A stretch of DNA of 16,660 bases from Kofleriaceae bacterium (GCA_046597055.1 JBKJLC010000181.1:1-16660); one strand, 5' to 3'; counted from the stretch's first letter, positions 1 through 7,745 are shown. Numbers and translations: made by a program. The notes: a model not told the origin generated them from the letters alone.

Positions 1-57
1 GTGCCCCAGCGTCGCCACGGATCGAAGCGAGAGCGCCTTCGAACCACAGCGAGAGAA

Positions 58-258
58 GTGATCAATCCTGAGCTCTGCCCTTCGACACGGCGCCTGCGGC
101 GCCGGCTCAGGGCCACCAGGGGAGGTGAGCACCTCCGATCACATGAAGACTTGTGATCAATCCCGAGCTCTGCCCTTCGACACGGCGCTGCGCGCCGGCT
201 CAGGGCCACCGGAAATGGGAGCGCTTTCTTCGCCTGGCGAGATGTGATCGATCCTGAG
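58..258. repeat. Cluster of hairpin-forming direct repeats (REP/BIME-like): two full ~58-60 bp copies (58-117, 153-210) plus a 15 bp partial copy (244-258)
   Basis: GTGATCAATCC(T/C)GAGCTCTGCCCTTCGACACGGCGC(C)TGC(G)GCGCCGGCTCAGGGCCACC occurs twice, and GTGATCGATCCTGAG follows at 244. Periods are 95 and 91 bp with unique 35 and 33 bp intervening sequences. Each unit has an internal GC stem-loop. Confidence 0.85.
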
Positions 259-339
259 GACGAACGGAAGACCGGATGATCGAACGCATGAATGGCCGAG
301 CCTATGTGACCGGCATGGGCGCTGAGGCCGGGGCCGCGA

Positions 340-1902
340 TCAGGGCAGGCTGTCGAGCACGACCCGGCGGGCGGCGACGAAGTCGACGATCTCGCGGACC
401 CGGCCGAGGTATTCTTCAGTGGTCGCGCGCCGGCGCGGATCGGCGATCAGCTCGGGCATCGCCAGGCAGACCGCATGGTCGAGCCGCGCCTCGATCCAGG
501 CGGGCGTGGCGGTGGTCGCCGCGACCCGACGTGCCAGGGTCAGGAAGCGCTGACGCAGCTCGGGGATCGCGAGCACCCGATCGACCATCTGGTTGAACAG
601 CACCGACGAGCCGGTGCCGATGAACGGGTCACCGTCGGTGACGATGCGCTCCTCGAGCACGTCGTTCTCCTCGCTCCACAGGTGACCGAACGTGAGCTCG
701 AGATCCCACGGCAGGACCTGCCAACCCTCCCGCCGCGCCGGGCCGCGGTACAGGTAGTAGTTCTTGCGCATGTGGTCGTAGTTCTGCAACACGGCCATCG
801 TCGCCAGGTAGATCAGGTAGTCGTCGACGGCGAGCTCGCCCGGCAGCGTCGCCTCGAAGTCGCCGGGCGGTAGCTGCAGCGTGCCCTCGATCAGCGCGAG
901 CAGGTCGCTGTAATCGGGAGGCCCGAGGTGCTGCTGGTAGACCAGCGGATAGTCATCCGGCTGCAGCGGCTCGAGGTTCCCGGGCGGCAGCTCGCGGTTC
1001 GCCGGGTCGGCTTCGTACAGGCTGCCCTCGATGTTCATGCCGTGCGCGCGCAGGAAGTCGGCGTCGATGCGCTCGACGTGATCCATCACGCCATAGAATC
1101 GATCGTTGATGCGGAAATGCACCAGCTCGGCGTCCGGCGTCGGGAGCCAGGTGCCCTCGCGGAACACGGCGAAGCCCAGCCAGTTGCGCAGCTGGCTCTT
1201 GTCGTTCCACTCGCTGCGCAGGATCAGGTGATCGGCCCCGGCCAGGGTCAGCCCCGACGCCAGATCGAAGCGGAACGCCTTCTTGGGATAGTCGCGACTG
1301 CTGCCGCCGTGGAGCCGGACCTTCCCCGGGTACGGGGTGCCGTCGATGGTGAGCACGGCGTCGACCTTGATGCGCTCGTACGGCATCGCCGTGATCATCG
1401 CGAGCAGGACCGGGTCGACGGTCAGCTCCCAGACCGGGAGCTGGCTCGTGTACGCGACCAGCTGGTTGGTGCCGGTGCGCGCGCCCAGCCGCGCGGTGGC
1501 GGTGAACGGTCCGGCCTGATCGACGCGGATGGTGGCGCGGGCCCGGCCGGCCTCCATCGCGGTCAGCCCGAGCACGGTGGCACCGGCGCCGAGGTCGAGC
1601 GTGACCGCCCCGTTGACGGTCATGTCGCGGGTGCCGTCGACCGCCGTGAGCGCGATCAGATCGAGCACCGAGACGACGCCGGTCGCGACCAGCGACCCCG
1701 AGCTCTCGAGCCGCAGCACCCCGGTCGGGGCGGCGACCGCGGGCGGGCCGAAGGTGGTGGCGAACGGCGTGCACATCGGCGGCAGCGCCGGCGCCGGCCA
1801 CGGCAGCGCCTCGACCGGCACCAGCGGGTGCTCCCAGCCGGGCACCACTTCCAGACACCCGCTCAGGAGCGCCGCCAGCAGAACGACCGGGATACGAGTC
1901 AT
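340..1902 (-). CDS. CotH kinase family protein with N-terminal lipoprotein signal (520 aa)
   Basis: CotH motifs KVRLHGGSSRDYPKKAFR, FYGVMDHVERID, DHMRKNYYLY, PWDLELTFG; lipobox LLSG-C; beta-rich Ig-like N-terminal region. Confidence 0.88.
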   Translation of the reverse strand: MTRIPVVLLAALLSGCLEVVPGWEHPLVPVEALPWPAPALPPMCTPFATTFGPPAVAAPTGVLRLESSGSLVATGVVSVLDLIALTAVDGTRDMTVNGAVTLDLGAGATVLGLTAMEAGRARATIRVDQAGPFTATARLGARTGTNQLVAYTSQLPVWELTVDPVLLAMITAMPYERIKVDAVLTIDGTPYPGKVRLHGGSSRDYPKKAFRFDLASGLTLAGADHLILRSEWNDKSQLRNWLGFAVFREGTWLPTPDAELVHFRINDRFYGVMDHVERIDADFLRAHGMNIEGSLYEADPANRELPPGNLEPLQPDDYPLVYQQHLGPPDYSDLLALIEGTLQLPPGDFEATLPGELAVDDYLIYLATMAVLQNYDHMRKNYYLYRGPARREGWQVLPWDLELTFGHLWSEENDVLEERIVTDGDPFIGTGSSVLFNQMVDRVLAIPELRQRFLTLARRVAATTATPAWIEARLDHAVCLAMPELIADPRRRATTEEYLGRVREIVDFVAARRVVLDSLP

Positions 1903-1929
1903 GCGCGCACGGCCCCCCGGCCGTCGACC

Positions 1930-1935
1930 ATGATA
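1930..1935 (-). promoter_or_regulatory. Possible sigma70-type -10 box (TATCAT) upstream of the CotH gene
   Basis: TATCAT on the minus strand, 27 nt upstream of the ATG at 1902, in otherwise very GC-rich DNA. Confidence 0.35.
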
Positions 1936-1981
1936 CGCCGCTCGCGCACCGACGGATCGGGCGTTTTCGCGCCTTGCGAGA

Positions 1982-2317
1982 TCAGCGGAGGACGACGCGG
2001 TCCTTCGCGAACGCGACCAAGTATCGCTCGACCAGCACCGCCTCCTGCGGCGACAGCCCGGCGCGCACGGACATGTCGGTGACCTCGACCGGCCAGTCGG
2101 CGGCGACCCGCTCGTCGGGCGCGTGCGGCTGATGACAGTTGCCGCACCGGAGGAGCACCAGCGCCCGACCGCGGTTGAGCGCGGCGACGGTGGTGCCGGG
2201 CACCTCGGCCGCGACCCGCGCCGCGTCGGCCTCGGTCGCGACCGGCAGGACCCGGGCCGCGCAGCCGGCGCCGGCGGCGAGGCCGCTCAGCGCGACCAGC
2301 GTGAGGATCGGCCTCAC
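1982..2317 (-). CDS. Small mono-heme cytochrome c, probable lipoprotein (111 aa)
   Basis: 3' part of track ORF 1982..2836. The GTG start at 2317 overlaps the upstream stop (GTGA). Hydrophobic N-terminus ILTLVALSGLAAGAG-C, CxxCH (CGNCH, 2132-2146), candidate distal Met in WPVEVTDM, C-terminal helix LSPQEAVLVERYL. Confidence 0.8.
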   Translation of the reverse strand: MRPILTLVALSGLAAGAGCAARVLPVATEADAARVAAEVPGTTVAALNRGRALVLLRCGNCHQPHAPDERVAADWPVEVTDMSVRAGLSPQEAVLVERYLVAFAKDRVVLR

Positions 2318-3075
2318 AGCGCCAGCCCGAGGACCGCGCGGACGTCGACCGTGTCGGTGTCGTCGGTGAGCCCGTACCCGGCCGTGACGGTGACCCAGAG
2401 ATCGCTGGTGGGCGCCCACGACACCGCCGGCCCCGCCGACGCCTCGACCACCTGGTAGTCCTGCTTCAACGCGCCCCAGGTCTCGGCGCCGACCTTGAAA
2501 GCCGGCGCCACCTCGTAGGTGGCACCTGCGGCCCACCCGAGCTGGAGCTCGGGCTCGGCGACATCGCCGCCCAGCTCGACCGTCGCGATCGGCTGGGCCG
2601 CGATCGTCAGCAGCCCGAGATCGCGCGCGAGCAGCAGCTTGCCCTCGAGCTGGTAGACGCTGGCGCCGACCGCCTTCGCCGCGCCTGCGTACACCGCGAG
2701 GTCGACCGGGAGCTCGCCGCGCTCGGAGAACCGGTAGCGGCTGCGCAGCTCGAGCTCCGACAGGGTGAGCGGCGCGACGTCGGCCGGGGCCGGCCCGGTC
2801 TGCTGCCGGAACCCGTGACGGAGCGACAGGTCCCACCGATCCGTGACGCCGTGCTGGATCGCGAGCCGGAACCCCGTGCGCTGGATCGCGTCGTCATCGA
2901 ACGTCGACCGGCCCTGCTCGGTGTCGATCCCGAGCTCGGTCTCCCCGTCGGGCATCGTCATGTACTCGAACGTATGGGTGAACGCGCGCCGCTCGGCGGC
3001 GGCGGCGTGGGGCAGCGCGGCGACACCGACCAGCGCGCCGAGTGCGGCAAGAACGACAGAATCACGGAGCGACAT
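2314..3075 (-). CDS. Putative outer-membrane beta-barrel protein (253 aa; resembles DUF6662-type barrels)
   Basis: Sec signal ending AAA-A; alternating amphipathic strands (IQHGVTDRWDLSL, ELRSRYRF, GWAAGATYEV, FKVGAETWG, GPAVSW); C-terminal strand VRAVLGLAL. The DUF6662 resemblance is from recall, not from a search. Confidence 0.7.
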   Translation of the reverse strand: MSLRDSVVLAALGALVGVAALPHAAAAERRAFTHTFEYMTMPDGETELGIDTEQGRSTFDDDAIQRTGFRLAIQHGVTDRWDLSLRHGFRQQTGPAPADVAPLTLSELELRSRYRFSERGELPVDLAVYAGAAKAVGASVYQLEGKLLLARDLGLLTIAAQPIATVELGGDVAEPELQLGWAAGATYEVAPAFKVGAETWGALKQDYQVVEASAGPAVSWAPTSDLWVTVTAGYGLTDDTDTVDVRAVLGLAL

Positions 3076-3102
3076 CAGGGACGGGCCTTCCGGTCGGTGC
3101 TT

Positions 3103-3117
3103 TGAAAATCATTTTCA
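3103..3117. promoter_or_regulatory. Fur-box-like perfect 7-1-7 palindrome TGAAAAT-C-ATTTTCA
   Basis: Perfect inverted repeat, 13/15 match to the Fur 7-1-7 consensus TGATAATNATTATCA, 27 bp upstream of the barrel gene start; AT island in GC-rich DNA. Confidence 0.72.
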
Positions 3118-3168
3118 GGTTCGCCGGGAGGCCGGTCAAGCCGATCGCGATCCCGGCGTGCACCTCAC

Positions 3169-3188
3169 GAGAATTGATATAGTTTCTC
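3169..3188 (+). promoter_or_regulatory. Extended -10 promoter (TGaTATAGT, 3175-3183) of the cysteine synthase gene, flanked by a GAGAA-N10-TTCTC inverted repeat
   Basis: TGn + TATAGT lies 9 nt before the ATG at 3193; no Shine-Dalgarno is visible. Confidence 0.5.
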
Positions 3189-3192
3189 CCGC

Positions 3193-4194
3193 ATGACGAT
3201 CCGCGACGGATTCGCTGGTGCCATCGGCGCCACCCCACTCATTCGCATCGCGAGTCTGTCCGAGGCGACCGGCTGCACCATCCTCGGCAAGGCCGAGCAC
3301 CTCCAGCCGGGCGGCAGCGTGAAGGACCGGGCCGCGCGCCACATGGTGATGACCGCGGAGGCCGACGGCCGGCTCGGGGGCGCGAGCGGCGTGCGCGAGA
3401 TCGTGGAGGGCACCGCCGGCAACACCGGGATCGGACTGGCGCTGATGGCGCGCGCCCGCGGCTACGCCTGCCACATCGTGATGCCCGACAACCAGAGCGT
3501 GGAGAAGGTCGACCTGCTGCGCGCGCTCGGTGCGATCTTGCACCTGGTACCGGCCAAGCCGTTCGCCGACGCCGGCAACTACTATCACGTGGCGCGGCGG
3601 CTGGCCGAGGAGCGCGGCGCGTTCTGGGCCGACCAGTTCGAGAACCCGGCGAACGCGCGCGCCCACTACGACACCACCGGGCCCGAGATCCTCGCCGAGG
3701 CCGGGCAGGTCGACGGCTTCGTCAGCGTGTCGGGCACCGGCGGCACCATCGGTGGCATCAGCGCGTACCTCGCCGAGCACGCGCCCGGCGCGCAGAGCTG
3801 GCTGTGCGACTGCGAGGGCAGCTCGCTCTACAACCACGTCACCCACGGCACGCTCGACGCCACCGGCTCGAGCATCCTCGAGGGCATCGGCATCCGCCGC
3901 ATCACCCGCAACTTCGCCCAGGCCCGGCTGGCCGGCGCGTTCGCCGGCACCGACCGCGAGGCGGTGGCGATGGTGCACTGGCTGCTCGCCCGCGATGGCC
4001 TGTTCGTCGGCGGCTCGGCCGGCCTCAACTGCGTGGGCGCGGTCAAGCTGGCGCGCCGGCTCGGACCCGGCAAGACGGTCGTGACGCTCCTGTGCGACGG
4101 CGCCTCCCGCTACACCTCGCGGCTGTTCAACCCCGCGTGGCTGGCCGAGAAGGGCTTCGACCCCGACCCGGTTGATCTGTCGTTCGTGACCTGA
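3193..4194 (+). CDS. cysK: Cysteine synthase (PLP-dependent O-acetylserine sulfhydrylase family, 333 aa)
   Basis: IGATPLI, PLP-lysine motif QPGGSVKDR, EGTAGNTGIGLA, DQFENPAN, GTGGT, EGIG, GGSAG, TLLCDGASRY. Confidence 0.92.
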   Translation: MTIRDGFAGAIGATPLIRIASLSEATGCTILGKAEHLQPGGSVKDRAARHMVMTAEADGRLGGASGVREIVEGTAGNTGIGLALMARARGYACHIVMPDNQSVEKVDLLRALGAILHLVPAKPFADAGNYYHVARRLAEERGAFWADQFENPANARAHYDTTGPEILAEAGQVDGFVSVSGTGGTIGGISAYLAEHAPGAQSWLCDCEGSSLYNHVTHGTLDATGSSILEGIGIRRITRNFAQARLAGAFAGTDREAVAMVHWLLARDGLFVGGSAGLNCVGAVKLARRLGPGKTVVTLLCDGASRYTSRLFNPAWLAEKGFDPDPVDLSFVT

Positions 4195-4263
4195 GCCGGT
4201 CGCGCGGCCACGCGCTGCGCTCGGATCAGTGCCGACGCAGCTGGGCTGCAGCGCTCGCGCCCG

Positions 4264-5904
4264 TCACGGTGGCGTCCAGTACTCGACCTGGTCGGCGAAC
4301 AGCCGGCCCAGGCGGTCGCCTTGCGTGATCGCCCAGGCGTAGTCGGTCGGGAAGTTGTTCCGGACCTGCAGGCGGCCGTTGCCGGGGAAGCCCGCCTCGT
4401 CGGCGAGGATCGCCTCGTTCGACGCCGGGGTGCCGCCGTGCTGGTGGCAGCCGACGCAGTTGGTCGCCGCGTTGCCGGTGCCGGCCTCGAGGTTCGGGTT
4501 CGAGCACCACGACGGGCCGCCGCCCTCGTGCGCGGCGGCCAGCGCGGCGGCCAGCCCGGGCGCGGTCGCACCGCCGGCGGGATCGCGGTCGTGCTCGGCG
4601 AACGCGGTGACGACGCACATCTTGTAGTTGCGCCACGGCCCGCCGACGGCGAGCCCGGCCGGGCGATCGGCGCCGAAGTCCTCGTCGGGCGCCGGCGACC
4701 ACCACAGCGTGATCCACAGCCAGTGATCGAGCTCCTTCGTCATCAGGTGCAGCGACGCCAGCCGGTAGCGGTTGCCGTTGGGCAGCGCCAGCGTGTAGGC
4801 GGCGTCGGCGCCCGGATCGGCGGTCGCCACCGGCGCCCAGGTCGGATCGGTCGCAGCCAGGGTCGACGCGAGCGTGGCCGCCGAGGTGTCGGTCACCGCC
4901 AGCTCGACGCCCAGCTCGGCGCGACGCCAGTCGGCCTTGACCACCGCGGCGTCGAGCGGGAACGGCCCGGCCAGGCACGGCGCCCAGGTCGGCGCGGCCT
5001 CCTGATAGTCGACGGTCAGGGTCGCGGTGCCGGACCGGTCGGCGACCACCACCAGCCACACCGCCGCGGTGCCGGTGGCCTCGCACGCCGGCCCGGCGCA
5101 GTCGAACTGGTCGCCGGTCGGGGCCGCACCCGCGCGCAGCCGGAGCGTGGCACCGCCGTCGACCCGCGCCATCAGGGTCTCGCCGGCCCCGACGAAGTAC
5201 GGCCCGTAGCTGCGCTCGTCGCAGGCGGCCTGGTCGATCACCTCGCGCACCATGCGGCGCGGGCCCGCGGCTGGCAGGTCGGTGACCGGCGGCGGCGGCG
5301 TGCCACCTTCGCAGCCGACGATCGAGGGATAGCTGGCGAGCAGGTGGCGCGCGGCGCCCGGGCTGTACTGCACGCGATCGATGCCACCGATCCCGGCGAC
5401 GTCGGCGCCGCCCTCGATCGCGGCGAGGTACGCGCGCCAGCGCTCCTCGGGCCAGGTCGTCAGCTCGTCGACCGCGCGCGGGTTCCAGCCGAACGCCTCG
5501 TCGAGCGCGACGTCGGTGAAGCGCGCCCGCGCGCGCTGCTGCGCCGGATCGAGGCCGCGGAACAGCCGCTCGAACAGCCGGTTCAGATCGTCCTTGCCGT
5601 ACCAGGTGTGCCAGCGCGGCAGCGTGGCCGGGACGCCCGCGGTCGGCTCGATCGCGAACGGCACCGGCGCGAGCACCCGTCCCACCGCGGCCCAGGCCAC
5701 CGCCCGGCGCTCGTGCTGCGAGCTGGCCAGGACCTCGTCGCGGCCGCGCAGCAGGCCATCGGCCGGGTAGGGCGATGCCGCGCCGATCAGCTTGCGATCG
5801 GGCGCGGTCAACGCGGCGCTGGTCACGCCGTCACAGCGATCGGCGGGCGGATCCGAGCACGCGACCAGGATGGCCAGCGCGCACGTGAGCCGGCCCGCGC
5901 CCAT
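4264..5904 (-). CDS. Uncharacterised heme-c lipoprotein (546 aa) with internal PPC-like beta domain and C-terminal CxxCH
   Basis: Real 3' part of track ORF 4264..7539. The ATG at 5904 overlaps the upstream stop (ATGA). Lipobox ILVA-C; PPC-like segment YGPYFVGAGETLMARVDGGATLRLRAGAAPT..FDC; LHLMTKELDHWLWITLWW; NCVGCH (4444-4458). Confidence 0.8.
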   Translation of the reverse strand: MGAGRLTCALAILVACSDPPADRCDGVTSAALTAPDRKLIGAASPYPADGLLRGRDEVLASSQHERRAVAWAAVGRVLAPVPFAIEPTAGVPATLPRWHTWYGKDDLNRLFERLFRGLDPAQQRARARFTDVALDEAFGWNPRAVDELTTWPEERWRAYLAAIEGGADVAGIGGIDRVQYSPGAARHLLASYPSIVGCEGGTPPPPVTDLPAAGPRRMVREVIDQAACDERSYGPYFVGAGETLMARVDGGATLRLRAGAAPTGDQFDCAGPACEATGTAAVWLVVVADRSGTATLTVDYQEAAPTWAPCLAGPFPLDAAVVKADWRRAELGVELAVTDTSAATLASTLAATDPTWAPVATADPGADAAYTLALPNGNRYRLASLHLMTKELDHWLWITLWWSPAPDEDFGADRPAGLAVGGPWRNYKMCVVTAFAEHDRDPAGGATAPGLAAALAAAHEGGGPSWCSNPNLEAGTGNAATNCVGCHQHGGTPASNEAILADEAGFPGNGRLQVRNNFPTDYAWAITQGDRLGRLFADQVEYWTPP

Positions 5905-7745
5905 CAGTTCTCCAGCGTCAACGCCGCGTCGCTGGCGACGATGTACTCGACGCCGTTGCGGCTGCGATCGCGGACGATGAAGTAGATCCAGCCGTCGCTG
6001 CGGAAGTGCGGGTAGAGCGCGTACTGGCCGGGCTGCATCGTCGTGATGCGGCGGACCAGGCCGGTGGTGAGCTCCATGAGGAAGATGTTGGCGGCGCCGC
6101 CGGTGTCTCGGTCGCGCAGCTTCACGAAGCCAGGGTCGGTCGCCGAGCTGTAGCCGAGCGACTGCCAGTCGGCGGCCTCGACGTAGTGGTGATAGACCAT
6201 CCAGCGCTCGTCGTAGCTGAGCGCCGGCTTGCTGCCCTTGACGCAGTAGCGCGCGATCTCGGGCAGGTCGACCTCGTAGCCCCCGGCCGCGTTCCTGGTC
6301 ACGACCATCTTGCGGAACAGGAAGCCGATGGTGCCGCTGGTCGCGGTCGGGCCGTCGAGCCGGCTGATGAGGAGCTTCGCCGATGGCGCGATCACGGTGT
6401 CGCCCTCGTACGGCGTGGGCGTCACGATCGTCGGGCGCGGGACGAAGGTCGAGCCCTCGTGGACCATCGGGGTCAGGTCGATGTGACCGTTGCCGTCGAA
6501 GGTCGCGGTGGTGTCGCTCAGCGTCGCCGTCTGGCCCTGGCCGCCGTTGTCGTTGTCGAACTGGCCGTCGACGGTCCAGTAGTCGCCGCCGGCGGCCGCG
6601 CCGAGGTGCTGGTACAGGCCGACCGCGCTGGTCTGCCGGCACTGCGGCTCGGTGAACGTGATCATCGCGGGCTGGCTGGTCAGCAGGCTCTGCTCGCAGA
6701 ACTTGGCGTTGTTGCGCTGGAGCGCGAACCCCGAGTTGTCGGGAAAGAAGCCGGGATCGTAGAGCGCGGCCGCGGGGATCTCGCGGCTGTCCATCAGGTC
6801 GATGACGGTGGAGCGGTAGGTCTGGCTGCCGCCCGACGCGCCGCCGTGCGAGACGAAGCGCCCGTCGGCCGAGCTGCGCGTCCAGTAGCTCGACCGGTAG
6901 TCGTTGGTCCGCAGCACGCGCATCGTGGCGGTCGGGAACGCGGCCTCCCACCCGGTCGAGACCTCGGCGTCGTCCGGGCGCGGGTAGCTGGACAGGCAGT
7001 CGCGCGGCGTGGCTGCGCCCTGGCAGCCGAACATCAGGATGCCGGCCTCGAGGTTGCGCGCGCGCCAGCCCTGGGTCCGCATCGCCCGGACGTGGGTCGC
7101 GATCTCGGGCGTGATCGAGGTGGTGCAGGTCTGCGGCGGGGGGTCGGCCGGGACCACGGCGTCGAGCTCGGGCAGCCCGCGCGCGAACCACTCGGCGACG
7201 ATGTCGAACTCGCCCTGGGTGTAGCCGGCCGCATCGCCGCGCGGCATCGACGCCTCCGCGGTGAACGCCTCGAGCTGCGCCTCGGCCGTGGCGTCGAAGC
7301 CGATCCGGAACACGTACTCGAACCAGGGCAAGCGGGCGGCGGTGTTGTAGATGCCGAGCGTGTGCGGCGGCCACCCCGACGCGACCACGCCGGGCTCGGC
7401 CCGGAAGCAGTCGATGATCGCCTGGGCCTCGGTGCCGGTGGTCGGCGCCAGGTTGGTCAGGCAGCGCGCCTCGGCGGCGTCGGTCTCGGTCTCCCAGCTG
7501 CGCAGCCGGGTCCGGGTCAGGGCATGGCAGCGATCGCAACTCTTGGCGGCGCCGACGCCGAGCAGGGTCGACGCCTGCTCGGCGAGCTCGAGATCGGGGA
7601 GCGTCACGGCGTTGCGCAGCACCGGAATCACGGCGGCATCGGTCGGCGCGTCGATCGGGATCTCGACGGCATCAGGCGGTAGGTCGCCGCCACCACCTCC
7701 GCAGCCCACGACGAACAGAGCCAGGAGCGCGGTGGTACGAACCAT
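5904..7745 (-). CDS. Uncharacterised lipoprotein with N-terminal cytochrome c domain and C-terminal TolB/PD40-like beta-propeller (613 aa)
   Basis: Lipobox FVVG-C followed by a Gly/Pro/Asp linker; CDRCH (7524-7538, C70); SMPRG...EFDIVAEWFARG (class I-type distal Met167 and terminal helix); propeller-blade-like motifs SSADGRFVSH, DPGFFPDNSGFA, KPALSYDERWMVY, YPHFRSDGWIYF. Confidence 0.82.
   Translation of the reverse strand: MVRTTALLALFVVGCGGGGGDLPPDAVEIPIDAPTDAAVIPVLRNAVTLPDLELAEQASTLLGVGAAKSCDRCHALTRTRLRSWETETDAAEARCLTNLAPTTGTEAQAIIDCFRAEPGVVASGWPPHTLGIYNTAARLPWFEYVFRIGFDATAEAQLEAFTAEASMPRGDAAGYTQGEFDIVAEWFARGLPELDAVVPADPPPQTCTTSITPEIATHVRAMRTQGWRARNLEAGILMFGCQGAATPRDCLSSYPRPDDAEVSTGWEAAFPTATMRVLRTNDYRSSYWTRSSADGRFVSHGGASGGSQTYRSTVIDLMDSREIPAAALYDPGFFPDNSGFALQRNNAKFCEQSLLTSQPAMITFTEPQCRQTSAVGLYQHLGAAAGGDYWTVDGQFDNDNGGQGQTATLSDTTATFDGNGHIDLTPMVHEGSTFVPRPTIVTPTPYEGDTVIAPSAKLLISRLDGPTATSGTIGFLFRKMVVTRNAAGGYEVDLPEIARYCVKGSKPALSYDERWMVYHHYVEAADWQSLGYSSATDPGFVKLRDRDTGGAANIFLMELTTGLVRRITTMQPGQYALYPHFRSDGWIYFIVRDRSRNGVEYIVASDAALTLEN

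Noticed and set aside
58..258. Canonical CRISPR array
   Set aside because: Only two full repeats of ~60 bp, self-structured spacers and no cas genes in the window. Kept as a REP-like repeat finding.
2318..2836. Upstream extension of the small cytochrome ORF; likewise 8424..9008 and 10291..10551
   Set aside because: Off-frame or intergenic read-through typical of high-GC DNA. Signal peptides define the later starts.
4214..4241. Hairpin GCTGCG-C-TCGG...CCGA-CGCAGC between convergent cysK and the heme lipoprotein as an intrinsic terminator
   Set aside because: No U-tract on either strand, and such stems are common at this GC content.
5905..7539. N-terminal half of track ORF 4264..7539 (1091 aa), or a frameshift fusion of the two heme genes
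   Set aside because: Arg-rich off-frame shadow of the 613 aa gene. The real protein begins at ATG 5904 with its own signal peptide.
5904..7745. Calling the 613 aa protein NirS/NirN or TolB
   Set aside because: Only architectural similarity; no recognisable NirS sequence motifs and no nir or tol-pal context.
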